Of a stretch of 64,000 nucleotides of DNA, positions 46,818-59,629 are shown piece by piece. Position 1 is the first letter of the stretch; each line of letters starts with the position of its first letter. The stretch is from Heteronotia binoei (Eukaryota), in the NCBI RefSeq assembly GCF_032191835.1, contig NC_083231.1:101990001-102054000 (forward strand). Direction: 5' to 3'. Made by a program: the position numbers and the translations under genes. The notes under the pieces were generated by a model. It had not been told where the DNA came from, did not search any database, and saw only the letters and a program-made list of their open reading frames with translations.

Positions 46818-47504
46818 TTAGGCGATTCAAGCCAGTATTACATGAATGAAACCTGGTGAAGCAGCTTCCAAAGTGGCCTCTGTGTTCATCTGTCTTCACC
46901 CTTTGTTAGTCTCCCATTCTTTGTACCGAGGAATCAGTGGGGGATTGGAAAAAACAAACCTGCACATGACAGTAAAATTTTAGAGAAGGGCCACTATCTG
47001 GTAGAATTAGGAACCTTTAAGTCCACTGATATTTGTGCATCTAAGCCAGTGTGGTGTAGTAGTTGTTGGCATGGTGGACAAAGTCTGGGGAGATCCAGGC
47101 TTAAATCCCCCACTGTCCACTTAGTCTAGTGATTAGACTTGGGCTAACCATGTACTGAGTTCTTTAGAAGAAGGATGGACTATAAATGTGGCTAAATGAC
47201 ATAAGTGCATTTGTGTTGGATTGTAGCCCAGGAGAGCAATTTCAAACAAGACTGAAGAAATCAAAACACTATTTTCATAGAGTGAGGGAATTCTCTTCCT
47301 GATCACAATGTCAGTGTTCAGTAAAATGGGCTGCTTTCTCATATGCATAAAGCGATGTAGTTTTTGTGAACTGTGTCAAAATAAAAATGATGACTTTAAA
47401 ATATAATTGATAGCCCTGGTATCCAACAAGGGGAGGATGAAAATCTTCATCTGTTCTCAGAAGGATTAAGCCTTACAGCTCTGCTAAAGAATTCCTTTGA
47501 GTTA

Positions 47505-47675
47505 GGATTGCCAGGTCTGTGTTTGGAAAATACCTGGAGACTTTAGGGGTGGAACCAGGGAAGGAGAGGGGCCTCAACGTGGTCCAATGCCCTTCAAAGG
47601 AGCCATTTTCTCCAGGGAGCTGATCTCCACTAGCTACAGATCAGCTGTAAAAGCAGATCTCCAGGCCCCACCTTT
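47505..47675. mobile_element. TAGGGTTGCC-family MITE
   Basis: taggattgccaggtctgtgtttggaaaatacctggagac. Confidence 0.7.
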
Positions 47676-48505
47676 TGACTTGTAGCAATCATGGCACCTA
47701 ATGCTCTATGCACAATCCACAACGGAGATAATAAGTAGCTGAGTATATGTTATAGAATCAATGGAAATATATTTACTCCCCCAAGCACAAGAAGCTAAAG
47801 CAACTAGAGGGAAAAAGAGAGAAATTACGTTCTCATTAAGATGTGCCACAGCTCTTAAGAACTGGTAAATAAATTCCTTTCTGAGCTATTTCTGAAATAG
47901 ATCAGCATAGCTTAATTGCAAATTATAATGCTATTTAAATGTCTGCATTAATTTTGGGGTTAGATTTTAGTCATCAGAGTGTGTGCGCAGATATTTTATG
48001 GCATTATAAATGCCTGATTTACAGTTGTCTTTAAAATTAATTTGATTATACTTTTATCAAGTCGCATTAAGAAAAAAAACATCTTCTGGATATCATTCAT
48101 GCCATAACTGTGGCAAAGAGCCTATGCAGCTGCATCAGACGAGGGACAATAACACATAAATCCAGAGAAGATGCTCATTAGAATAACAATTTACATGCAA
48201 TGAATTGCGCCTAATTTAGCAAACCTGGCCTGTGTTGCACAAATTTCCTTGTACTTGCCAGACAAGAAAATATTAAATACACTTTGATGTAACTCAAAAC
48301 TGCTCTGCTGGCACAAATTGTTGTCTTCTGTGACACAAACAGAGCCATGCATCCTAGTCCATTAAGGGCAGGCCATGAGCAGAATCCTGTATTTACATGC
48401 AAATCTGTTTCTCTATCAGGACTTGTTCTGCATGCAAAGATCTTTAAACTGAATGCAATGAATATTCAGTCTGGAAGACAGGAGAGCTCTTGGCATGGTC
48501 TAGGG

Positions 48506-49546
48506 CAGTGCTTCCCAAACATTTTGATACGGTGACCAGTGTTCCCTCTAAGCTTTTTATGAGCAAAAATTCTACTTTGTGAGCTACTGGCATTAAAGTT
48601 GCATCAATTAGTGTTCTCAAGGGCCATCCTTCCTGAGCATGCTGAGCTAAGACAAAAATGTGTGAGTCAGAGGCTGAAGAACTGTGAGCTAGCTTAGAGA
48701 ACTCAGCTTAGAGAAAACACTGATGGTGACCCCCAAGTTCGAATTGACTACTTGGTATGGAGACCCATTTCTGGGCTGGCCCAAGATTTTTGGTGCCCTA
48801 GGCAATCTTTGACCTTGGCACTCATCTAATTCAGCATTTTGTGTTCTACAGTGGCTAATCAAATATTTTTGAGAAACCAACAAACATCACACAAAGGGCA
48901 CAGCTTCTTCACTGTGAACCCTAGGCATTACAACATACACAGCCTTTCATAAAAGGTAAACGGTAAAGGTAGTCCCCTGTGCAAGCACCAGTTTCCGACT
49001 CTGGGGTGACGTTGCATCGTGACATTTTCACGGCAGACTTTTTTAACGGGGTGGTTTGCCATTGCCTTCCCCAGTCATCTACACTTTCCCCCCAGCAAGC
49101 TGGGTACTCATTTTACCAACCTCGGAAGGATGGAAGGCTGAGTCAATCTTGAGCCAGCTACCTAAACCCAGCTTCTGTTGGGATCGAGCTCAGGTCATGA
49201 GTAGAGAGTTTGAACTGCAGTACTGCAGCTTTACCACTCTACGACACAGGGCTGCTTTCAGCCTTTCATATGGAGGTTGTATTCCACCCTCTCCTTCACC
49301 ATTATTCCCGCTTATTCTCCCTAAGATTCTAAACAATTCACTCAACATGTATATGCAGTGAATAAAAAATACCACTTAATACATAACAGGAAATATACTT
49401 CTTCCAGGGCCAGTTTTTGACTTCTAAGATACAAAAGAAAGCAATGGAAAGGGCAGGGGTGGCTACTTTTGAGGGCCTGCCCATGACCCACTTGGAGCTT
49501 TACAACCTACTTTTGTGGGTCCCAGCCCACAGGTTGAAAAACACTG
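48506..49546. mobile_element. hAT (Charlie-like) MITE hosting a second hAT MITE (48537-48722) and a Sauria SINE (48951-49258)
   Basis: Outer TSD gtctaggg (perfect); inner TSD acggtgac/atggtgac; SINE TSD cagcctttcat. Confidence 0.85.
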
Positions 49547-50129
49547 GTCTAGGGAACACTTAGGCTCGCCAGGTTATAATAACAATGTTCCTCCTTGTAG
49601 AAGGACACACACATGTTAGCATACAGATGGAGGTTGATGGTGGTTCAGAGAAAGCTTCATCAGTTTATATTATATTATGGAAGAGGACACTTCCCACATA
49701 CCTGGCACCAGCTTATGTCTTGCTTTGGAATATACTGGGTCAGCTAGCTTTTAGGTTATGTATTCTCAACATTATACTAGTAAGTTTATAGAAAGCAACC
49801 AGTCACCATAAAGAATAATGATTTGGAAATAACAAATATGAAAACATGTTCTTGAAGAGAAGCCTGAACAATGGCTGTCTGCAGTCTGTACATTTACAAA
49901 TTTACTTTATAAAGTAGAAGCGTTCTCAACTCTGTAATTGAAAGAATAGTTTTAAGAAAATGATATTCTCCTTTCTCCACAAATGCAGCTTTGAATTCAT
50001 TGCATGACTCAAGCAAGAACTTCTTGCTTTCTTCACAACAAGAGCTTCTACAAGAATACCTACAATAATAACTCTTCAGAAAACAGAGCCCCTAGCTTTA
50101 TTTATGTGGACAATAGGTTTGTGCTTGCC

Positions 50130-50316
50130 CAGGGCTTTTTTGTAGAAAAATTCACAGCAAGACTTATTTGCATATTAGGCCACACCCCTGATGCTACCGT
50201 TGTTTCACATAGAGCTTTTTAATAGAAAAAGCCTAGCAGGAACTCATTTGCATATTAGTCCACACCCCCAGGCTCCAAGCCAATTGGAACTGCTTTCCTG
50301 CTCAGAAAAAGTCCTG
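50130..50316. mobile_element. hAT MITE, octamer-bearing tandem subtype
   Basis: TSD tgcttgcc / tgtttgcc; two internal units. Confidence 0.85.
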
Positions 50317-50409
50317 TGTTTGCCTGAAAAAAGGGCCCAACTTTAGCATTCTTTAACTTGTTTGCTAAGAGGCTTCTGATTTTTATGACATGGTGGATAA
50401 ATAACTGTG

Positions 50410-50610
50410 TAGGGTTGCCAGCTCTGAGCTGGGAAATAACTGGAGATTTTGGGGGTGGAGCCTGAGGAGGACAGAGTTTTGGGAGGGGAAGGACTTCAAT
50501 AGGGTATGATGCCATTGAGTCCACCTTCCAAAATGGCCATTTTCTCTGTCACCTTAAGATCAGTTGTAATAGCAGGAAATCTCCAGCCACCACCTGGAGG
50601 TTGGCAACCC
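50410..50610. mobile_element. TAGGGTTGCC-family MITE (paralog of 36298-36500)
   Basis: Shared deletion and flanks. Confidence 0.8.
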
Positions 50611-51230
50611 AATTAAGAGTGAGGTGGTTGGATCCAGTGCTTCTACTGTTACAGCACAACTTTTTCCGTTTCACAACGTAGTCTTTGTACTACAGAGGTC
50701 ATTTATTTTGTGCAGTCACAAGCCTTTCCTAGCTAACGTGGGAAAGAGATATAAATCCAGATCCAGACTCCATATCCTCAGGCTTTGCCAGAGAGACCTG
50801 GAACATTCATTAATGATGTCTTCATAAAACTGCATAGGGGAGACTTGAGCACCACATACCTCTGAAATCTGTACTTTAGCTTTGCATGTGCATCTATAAC
50901 TGTTGCATTGCTTAAATCCACTCCTTCCTTGATTTCAGTAGAGCCAAACATTCCAGGTTTGACTGTGCTGTCACTCTGCGTGAATGGTGAGCCTACATTA
51001 GACCTTTTCTAGTACCTTCCTGAAGCTGTAAAATGCAAGGAAAGATTGGTGGCAGAGGCAACCTTAAATCTGTCTTTTGGACAGCTTGTTCTTCATTGCT
51101 CTTCTTCGCGTCATGAAATCTCTGATAAGCTTCTGTAGAACTCTGTGGTTCATTGAAAAATACATGTCTTAAAAACAGCAACTGTTGGTCCATATAAAAA
51201 AGTAAAGTGTGCTATTGAGTTACAACCAAC

Positions 51231-51400
51231 CAGGGGTTGAATTCTATCTGGAGCTCCTTTTCATATTAGGCCACATACCTCTGATGTAGCCAATCCTTCA
51301 AGAGTTTACAAGGCTCTTTTTTGTAAGCTTTTGGAAGATTGGCTACATCAGGGGGTGTGGCCTAATATGCAAAGGAGCTCCTGCTGGAATTCTACCCCTG
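51231..51400. mobile_element. Palindromic hAT MITE, CAGGGGTTGAATTC-TIR variant of the CAGGGC family
   Basis: Same core; TSD caaccaac / caactgac (6/8). Confidence 0.8.
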
Positions 51401-51590
51401 CAACTGACTCATGGTGACCCCATGAAGTTCAGTCTCATGAGAATGAGGCAAGAGATGAGCACAGGTGGTTGGCCATTGCCTTCCTCTGCATAGCAGTCCC
51501 AGTCTTTATTGCTGGTTTCCTGTCCAAAGTACAACTCTGCTTAGGCTTCCAAGCGCTGATGAGGTGAGACCAATCTGGGCTATTAGGGCT
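51401..51590 (-). mobile_element. 5S-derived SINE (decayed)
   Basis: ggttggccattgccttcctctgc..ctgcttaggcttcc. Confidence 0.55.
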
Positions 51591-51925
51591 GCTATATTGG
51601 CACGTACAGCGAGAGAATATTTGCCTGAAGCAGTAGTTTATAGCTTGCAAGTTATAAACTGGACAAGTATTTTCAGCTGTTGGGCTGGATTAGGACAATA
51701 ATTTCTCAAAATAGGAGGGGGCTGGTTTTTGACAATTTCCCATCTTCTACTGCAGATCTCATATTTTCCTCCTGTATTGTTCTTGGAGGTCTGTTTTTGC
51801 TCTTCCTGTGAACTGCTATTCCCTAGAAGCACTATGGGGAGATCAATGGGCTGCAGTGGTAGGGAGAAGGCTTGGAAATGTGTCCCACTAATACAGAGGT
51901 CTTGAATGCTGTAAAGCCTATAGAT

Positions 51926-52558
51926 CAGGGATGTCAAACATGTGGCCTGGGGCCAAACCAGGCCCCCAGAAGGCTCCTATCAGGCCCCTGAGTAACTGGC
52001 TCTTGTCTGCTTCTTTTTCTCTTGCTTCCATCTGCGTCACAGTTTGTTTTGCAAGGTTTGCTCAATCGCACAGGAGCTACAGAGCAAAACCTCTATTTTC
52101 TCCATTGGCTGAGGCTTTTCTCTTGGGGAGGAAGCGGGGGGGGGGGGGGGAGGAAGGCAGAGCTTGCTTTGCCAGGCTCTCAGTTGCACAGTAGAGCTAC
52201 TAAGCCAAGCCTCTCTTCCTTCTATTGGCTGAGGCTCCTCCCCATCCTGGTCCCCTGAGGAAGGAAGGAAAGAGCCAGAGCTTCGTTTGCCCAGTTCCCT
52301 GGATCCCATGGGAGAAATACAAAGAAAGCACCTTTAAGACCAATGAGTGCTAATGTTTTAAGCATGTTTTAAGTTTTCTTAAAGCAAAAATCTTTAATTG
52401 TGTTTGTGTCCTTTATAAAGTTTATATCTCTGCTACCTAATAACAAATAGGTATACACAAGGCCCGGTCCGACATGGCCTGACCTGACATAGCCTGGCCC
52501 AACAAGGTCTCATTTATGTCAGATCTGTCTTTCATAACATATGAGTTCAACATCCCTG
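51926..52558. mobile_element. hAT non-autonomous element, about 630 bp
   Basis: TIRs cagggatgtcaaac / gttcaacatccctg; TSD ctatagat / ctatagga. Confidence 0.8.
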
Positions 52559-52577
52559 CTATAGGAGGCCCAAATAG

Positions 52578-53367
52578 TAGCCACTGCCAAGTCTGCATTT
52601 TTTCATCTTAGGCGGGCAAGGCAATTGGGCCCTTTCCTGGAGAACGACGATCTGGCAACAGTGATCCATGCAACGGTCACCTCAAGGTTGGATTACTGTA
52701 ATGCCCTCTACATGGGGCTGCCCCTGTGCCGAACCTGGAAGTTGCAGCTAGTGCAGAACGCTGCCGCCCGGCTGTTATTAGGGCTCCCTAGATGGGAGCA
52801 CATTCAGCCAGGACTTCAGGGACTGCACTGGCTGCCGATAATATACCGAGTTCGGTACAAGGTGCTGGTTATTACCTTTAAAGTCCTATATGGCCTAGGA
52901 CTTGCTTACCTTAGGGACCGTCTCTCCCCATATGTTCCGCAGAGAGTGCTGAGATCGGGTTCTCAGAATCTCCTTACAATCCCCGGGCCAAAGGAGGCCC
53001 GTCTGAAGTCAACTAGGGACAGGGCTTTTTCGATCACAGCCCCTTGCTGGTGGAACCAATTGCCGGAGGAGGTGAGGGCCCTGCGGGACCTTGGGCAGTT
53101 CCGCAGGGCCTGTAAGACAGTCCTCTTACGGTTGGCATACAACTGACCGACATCTGAACATCAGAATATCTGAATACCTGAATAGCTGAATTTTAAGAAG
53201 ACTGTAGCATAGCACGCTGACAATTGTGTTTTATTTTACTGTGTAAATTATTAATGTATTTTAATTTTTGACTTATTGTTAGAATTTTATGTTGTGAGCC
53301 ACCCTGAGCCCGCTTCGGTGGGGTAGGGCAGGATATAAATCAAAATTAATTAATTAATTAATTAATT
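52578..53367 (+). mobile_element. L2 LINE 3' fragment (second subfamily)
   Basis: HATVTSRLDYCNALYMGLP..QLVQNAAARLL..LHWLP..WWNQLPEEVR; tail ccctgagccc..gggcaggatataaat(ttaa)n. Confidence 0.92.
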
Positions 53368-53399
53368 TGGAGTTTTAAGTCAGGGTAGCAGGTGCCCCC

Positions 53400-53600
53400 C
53401 TGACCTGGATAGCTCAGGCTGTCCTGATCTCGTCACATCTCAGAAGTTAAGCAGGGTCAGCCCAGGTCAATAGGTGGATGGGAGACCACCAAGGAATACC
53501 AGGATTGTGACACAGAGCCAGGCAGTAGCAAACCACCTCTGAATGACTCTCACCTCGAAAACTCTACAAGGTTGTTAAGAAGTTGGCAGTGACTTGATGG
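53400..53600 (+). mobile_element. 5S rRNA-derived SINE with RTE/BovB-like tail
   Basis: 53422-53508 aligns to the 5S internal control region: gatctcgtc..gaagttaagcagggtc..tggatgggagacc..ggaatacc. Confidence 0.8.
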
Positions 53601-56262
53601 GGGAGGGAAGTGGGTGCACCACAAAATGGCTTCCAGAGGGGCGATGACAAAGAGTTGGGAGATTTCAAGCCAATAACCTTTTTTATAACAGGGCAGCAGT
53701 TTCTGAAAAGGTGCCCCCTGCAGACCTGAAGGTAATGCATCTGAAGCACCTCCTGTTTCAGTGAAGTGGTGTAAAGCCAGGAGGACTTGACTGCTTTTTT
53801 TTGGAGAAGAGGGGCTTTACAGAAAAACCAGGCAGACACCAGGAAGGATATCATTGGTCATCAGGGCACCCACGGGCGACAACTTGGGGAATTGCTTCCA
53901 TTAGCAGAAATTAGTGGAAGTCCCTTCCATTAGCAGAAAGTACTCTCTGGATCATCCAGCCCAGTATTACATTGGAAGGCTTCTTCCTTTTAGTGACATT
54001 TTTATATTCCATGGTTGTTTATTTATGATAGTGATCTATTCAATTAAAAAGGAGAGATTCATGTATTGGATTTGCTGTTCTCTCTTCAGCCACCTCTCAT
54101 AAGAGAGAAAGTGTCTTCATCTTGTGCCCAGGATACTTTGCATTTCAATGACACAACATCCTCTCTATGCAGGTCACTCAAAGGCCTAATGTTGCTGAAA
54201 TTGAGGTCAGTGGCCACGCTCAGCAGAATTCCTAATGTCCATCTGGCTGGCTACAGATAACTAACAAGACATAGTAAAATTGGATTGCAAAGGGAGGGCG
54301 TTTTTTTTTTTTTAAATGACCAAAATGTGATAAATGTTTTAACGTTTACAGGTTCATGCTGGTAATCCCAGATGAAATTTTGTGAATGCCTCAGAGGACA
54401 GAATGCCTCAGAGGTAGCTGTTTCCCTTCATTTTGCATGCATGCAAGCGGTTTAAATATATTATATGTTCCAAATTTTCTTTTAAAAAAAGGTTAATTCG
54501 CAGCCTTTTCATAGCAATCCAGATTCCAGAATCCATGCAGTTTTTCCGGTTCAGTTTTATCAAATGATAGAACAGATCTTTTGAAAAGTGCTTCTGACAG
54601 TCACATCACAATCATGTTAATGACTCTGCAATTTAGAAGATCACATATCCGTTATCTCAAATAGGAGCAGATGAATATAGCGATAGGGTCTGCAGTTTGT
54701 GCTGCTTTAAAATTAGGGATTCTGTGAGACAGGATTTGGGAGTCTCACAGCAGTGCTCAGTATTTTGTTTTGGCAAGGCATGAAACTCAGTAAAATTGGA
54801 AGCACTCACCATAGAATAGACAATTATCACAAAGCCCATATGCTTCCATGCTTTCCATGTGAGCTGGAGAAAAGGTCGGGGTTTTGCAATGCTACATTTT
54901 TGTGTCAACCAGTTGATTCTGTACTTAAGTAATGAACATACAGGCAATCTAGATTATATACAAGGGAGAGAATAGTAGTATTTGATGCTCCCCAGTTCCC
55001 TGACTGGTAGGCTGTTCCAGAACAGCTTTTCAGAGTTGTTTTCCATATAAGGGTGGAATATTGGATGCCTGGGTATATCTGTAGTATTTATTATCTACCC
55101 CACCTGCCTGAGTAGCTATAAATTACCTGCCTACCAACTTCTTCTCAATTTGACCCAGAGAGAACTCCAGTTTTCTGGGTCATACCTCTGAGGATGCCAG
55201 TCACAGTTCCTGGTGAAACATCAGGTCTCACAGTGCCAAGACCATGGCCACACAACCCAGAAAATCTACAACAACCAATAAGCATAGGCTGTTTAAATCT
55301 TGAGGTTGTAAGCATTTAGAGATCACCCATCACCTTCACATGGCCATTCTCTGGAGTTAAGATGGAGTCTAGGTGTAAAACCCCAAGAATTTGGAGAGCT
55401 TCTTCAAAATACTCAGAGGTTTTATTATCCCCATCTTGGTCCCCACCCCCAAAGTCTCCTGGCTCTTTCCCCAAAGTCCCCAGATATTTCTTCAGTTGGA
55501 CCTGGCAATTCTTCCACGGGGCATTTATGGTTTTTAAGGAAATGCCTCTTTCCTTCAGTTAGATTATAGATGATTGTGGAAAGAGAGGCCCATGGCTTTG
55601 CTTTGCATAACATAATAGAATGGTCAATAACAGATGCCAAACCAAATCACAGTCGACCACGGTACACTATTTCAGATCATTGTGGTTTGCATTTGGGATG
55701 CAGCAGCCAAGTGAAGTGATTCCAAATCACGGTTTCCCATATACCATGAACATGTGTTTCTGTGTTCCTCCTGCCTTTTGTTGTACCTCTTAATTTTTTG
55801 CTCTCATATTGCATTCTTTCAGCTAGCTTTGCCTCTGAATGTCTTGCCTTCTAAACAAAGGATGTTCTGATAGATTATACGTTGTGACTTTCTTGCTGAA
55901 TACTGGTTGAATTAAGTCTTGTGAACGAATCATTTAATACCCAAGCATTATAAATACATTTACAGAGATATCCAGTGCTGCTAAAGATCAACTGTCCATC
56001 AATTCTAGATGAATTTAGAAAAATATCAGAAGAAGTAATAATAGGTCCTATGGAACATGCCTAGTGGAGTTGGGTGAACAGCATGTGAACAACAGTTTGA
56101 TTTTGCTGTCATTTGGACAGGGAGAGTCCATGCTTCCAAAGGCGTTCTATTGCTCTGACAAGTCTCCCGCCATTCTTCTCTGACCTCTATTCATCTAAAG
56201 CTCTTTCTGTTCGCTCCATTCTGACTTCACAAATCCTTCCCTTCACTCAGGACAACTAAACT

Positions 56263-56575
56263 GAACTTCAAGAGAGGACTGAATAAACATATGGAGCAGA
56301 GATCCATCAGTGGCTCTTAGCCACAGTGTATTGTTGGAACTGTCTTGTCTAGGGCAGTGATGCTTTGTATTCTCCGTGCTTGGGGGAGCACAGTGGGAGG
56401 GCTTCTAGTGTCCTGGCCCTACTGGTGGACCTCCTGGTTTTTTTGGCCACTGTGTGACACAGAGTCGCCCTGAGCCTGCCTCGGCGGGGAGGACGGGGTA
56501 TAAATAAAATTTTATTATTATTATTATTAGAGTGTTGGACTGGATGGGCCACTGGGCCTTATGTTCTTATATTCT
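56263..56575 (+). mobile_element. CR1 3' end containing a 63-bp L2 tail insertion (56466-56528)
   Basis: Matches the reverse complement of 1-180; cttatgttcttat tail; TSD agagt around the insert. Confidence 0.85.
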
Positions 56576-56915
56576 TCCACCCATGAATCTGCAATTCATT
56601 TTCAACTATGGCCCCTGTTTATATGCTTCCCCTAACAATGATGCTCTTTGTGTGAAAAGAGAAGATGTATCTTCTGCTTTTTTATGTTGCTTGTACATAC
56701 TGTGGACCCTTTACACCAGTGTGTAATTGTGCAGATATCCAATTCATGAAGCCCTTCTTAAAGAAAGGATTCTGCTGTCTGGAGTTAGAATCTTCAGCAA
56801 CGTATTTCCGTGGACAAGATGTGGGAGCAAACTATATTGGATGGCTATCACCCACATTTTACATACAGGGGAATTTTGCTGGCCAGGTACTGTTAGAGAT
56901 GGAGTGCTCAGGGTA

Positions 56916-57120
56916 GGGGCCTTTGGCTCAGCAGAAGAGCCTCTGCTTTGTATGCAGAAAGCCACAGGTTCAATCCCCAGCATCTCCAGTTAAAAGGATC
57001 AGGTAGGAGGTGATGCAAAAGACCTTTCCTGAGACTTTGAAGAACTGATGTGAGTCTGAATAGTTAGTACTGACTTTGATGGACCAAGTGTCTAATTTAA
57101 TATAAGGCAGCTTCATGTGT
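56916..57120 (+). mobile_element. tRNA-Ala-derived SINE
   Basis: Same family as 41618. Confidence 0.75.
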
Positions 57121-57427
57121 GTGCTCAATGCCATGCACTTTTGTTCATATTTGGTGGTACATGATGTTCTTAGAGAAAAGCACTAGGCCAGCACAGGTTA
57201 TACAATGCATAAAGCTGGTTCTCTAATGTGCATGTTGGTGATGTCCTAAGTGAGAGGTCAAGACATATCCCAAACTGGTGATTTCGTACTGCAGTGATCC
57301 AACCAGAACTGTGTAAGATGCTTGCTTAGACATGCCTTCTGCCCTTTTAGCCATGTGCTCAATACTTGCAGAAAATGTGAGCAAAGTGAGATATAATCTA
57401 AACATATCTGATGAGGTGAGCTTAGAC

Positions 57428-57765
57428 CAGGCATGGCCAGCCTGTGGCTCGGGAGCCACATATGGCTCTTTCACACGTATTGTGTAACTCTTGAAGCCGC
57501 CATTGCCCTGTTGGCTGGCTTGGAGAAGGCATTTCTCTCTTTAAATCATTTCTCAAAGTCAAACCAGCCAACAGCTTAGATAATGCAAGTTAAAGTTGAA
57601 GTTGCTTTCTTGCTACCTCTTTCCTTCCTTCTTTCCTTCTGTCCTTCCTTCCTTCCATCCTTCCTTCTCTTGTGACTCTCAGACATCTGATGTTGTCTTG
57701 TGGCTCCCAAATATCTGACATTTATTCTGTGTGGCTCTTACATTAAGCAAGTTTGGCCACCCTTG
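57428..57765. mobile_element. hAT MITE (same family as 46354-46654)
   Basis: TIR agtttggccacccttg; TSD gcttagac / gctgaaac (6/8). Confidence 0.75.
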
Positions 57766-57774
57766 GCTGAAACT

Positions 57775-57880
57775 CTTGAAAGCTTGTCCCTTGAATCCCT
57801 TGTTGGTTTTTAAGGTGCTACTGGACTGGGACCTAGCTGTTCTTTGCATGCCAGCATGCCTACCCTCTGAAACTAAACAT
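57775..57880 (+). mobile_element. Penelope-like fragment
   Basis: ctcttgaaagctt..gttggtttttaaggtgctactggac..ctaccctctgaaac. Confidence 0.6.
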
Positions 57881-58198
57881 ACAAGCTTATCCTGTGAATG
57901 CAAGGAGGGGCATATAAGGTGTGGCAAATGAAAGCATATCTTAGTCTGGGATTGTGCACTATGTAGAATCTGGTGCTTCAGTCAATGAGAATTTATTGGG
58001 AAACATAAGTGTACTCTACTAGGTATTCGGTTATAGTCCCAGTGGTACAAGGACTCCCCCATTAGTCCTAAGGCATTTTTGCTCATTTCTCCCCTTCACT
58101 TTGCTCCCATGCCTTTTGTATTTCCCAAGCATATAATCTGCATGCGTGTGTGTGTGTGTGTCATTGGCAGAAAGGGGGGAAAAAGACTCTTTCTGCAA

Positions 58199-59263
58199 GT
58201 TTTGCCATATTTGTGGTTGGTTGGCTACAACCCGTTGTAATGGACCAGTAGCTGTTTTCATCTGTTCAGGTTGTATGGATTTTTCGTGGCCCATAGCTCA
58301 TTTGGCATTAACGATCCTGCTTAGAGCACTATCAGTGAGTTTGCCTTGAAAATATTCTTATATTCGGCTTGTTAACCAATAGGAACCTTGACCTAAGAGG
58401 GCTATTTATCACACGCTTGTACCCGAGAGGTTGATTGAAAGGGTGCTTATGTAAGAGAAGGCAAAAGCTTTGCTAATAGAAGAGGTCCTTGGCATTAAGG
58501 TTATTTAGCAGTGAAGTGTGGGACCTTGGGAAACAAAATCTACCTCGTGAGCAAGGCAGAATTATTTGTCAGCATTTAATATCCGTTTGGTTTAATCGAT
58601 ACAGCCGAGAGAATGAAAAATCTGAAGAAAGAGCAAACAAGCAAGCAATGCACAGGGGCCTCATTCTAAATCAGTAGAGTACACATTTCCTATTGGCATC
58701 TGGGAGCAACGGGAAAGGGACTTCCCTAATAGGGCTCTGATAATAAAGCAAGGTGTAAAGAAAACTCTACACCACTGTGAATACAAACACAATGAGATAT
58801 TGCATGAGTGAGAAGAGAGAGGATTTCCACAAAAACAATTGGGACTCTTCTTGATTCCACTGAAGTTCCAGCCTAAGAGCATGCCATCTTTAATGGTCAT
58901 AGTGGAGTTGTAGATTCCACATGGCCTTGCTAGGTTGCCAGTCCCCAGTTGGGGGCAGGGAATCTCCTGGTTTGGAGGCCCTCCCCCCACTTCAGTGTCA
59001 TCAGAAAGTGGCGGGGGGGGGGTTCAGTTAACCTCTTGGGTGCCAGAGTGTGATAAATAGCCCTCTTAGGTCAAGGTTCTTATTGGCTAACAAGCCAAAT
59101 ATAAGAATATTTTCAAGGCAAACTCATCGATAGTGCTGTAAGCAGACTCGTTAACATCAAATGAGCTATGGGCCATGAAAAATCCATACAACCCGAACAG
59201 ATGAAAACAGTTACTGTTCCATTACAATGAGTTGTAGCCAACCAACCAAAAATGTGGCAAAAC
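58199..59263. repeat. 236-bp inverted repeat pair (58199-58434 / 59028-59263) with 593-bp spacer
   Basis: Arms align by eye; the ORF track shows homologous translations on opposite strands (FICSGCMDFSWPIAHL). Confidence 0.9.
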
Positions 59264-59275
59264 ATCATACCCTGT

Positions 59276-59629
59276 GGAGACCAATTCCCATAGGGTATAA
59301 TGGAGAATTGATCCATGGGTATCTGGGGCTTGGGGGTGGGGGCTGTTATTTGAGTTAGAGGCACCAAATTTGCAGCATAACATCCAGTGCCCCTCCTCAA
59401 AACACCTCCCACGTTTAAAAAGATTGGATCAGGGGATCCAATTCTTTTTTTTAACATGAAATTGAAATTTTATAGTATTTCTACTTATCCAATTCTATGA
59501 GCCCCAGAAGAAGGTGTCCTATCATTATTTCCAATGGGAGGGATGGCATTTAAAAGGTGCACAGTCCCTTGCTCCTGGTTCCACCCCCAAAGCCCCCAGA
59601 TATTTCTTGAGTCAGACCTTGCAACCCTA
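59276..59629 (-). mobile_element. Longer TAGGGTTGCC-TIR non-autonomous DNA element fragment
   Basis: Reverse complement matches 63583-63970. Confidence 0.75.

Noticed and set aside
53422-53508. 5S rRNA gene
   Set aside because: Lacks the 5S 5' end, is diverged, and continues into a SINE tail.
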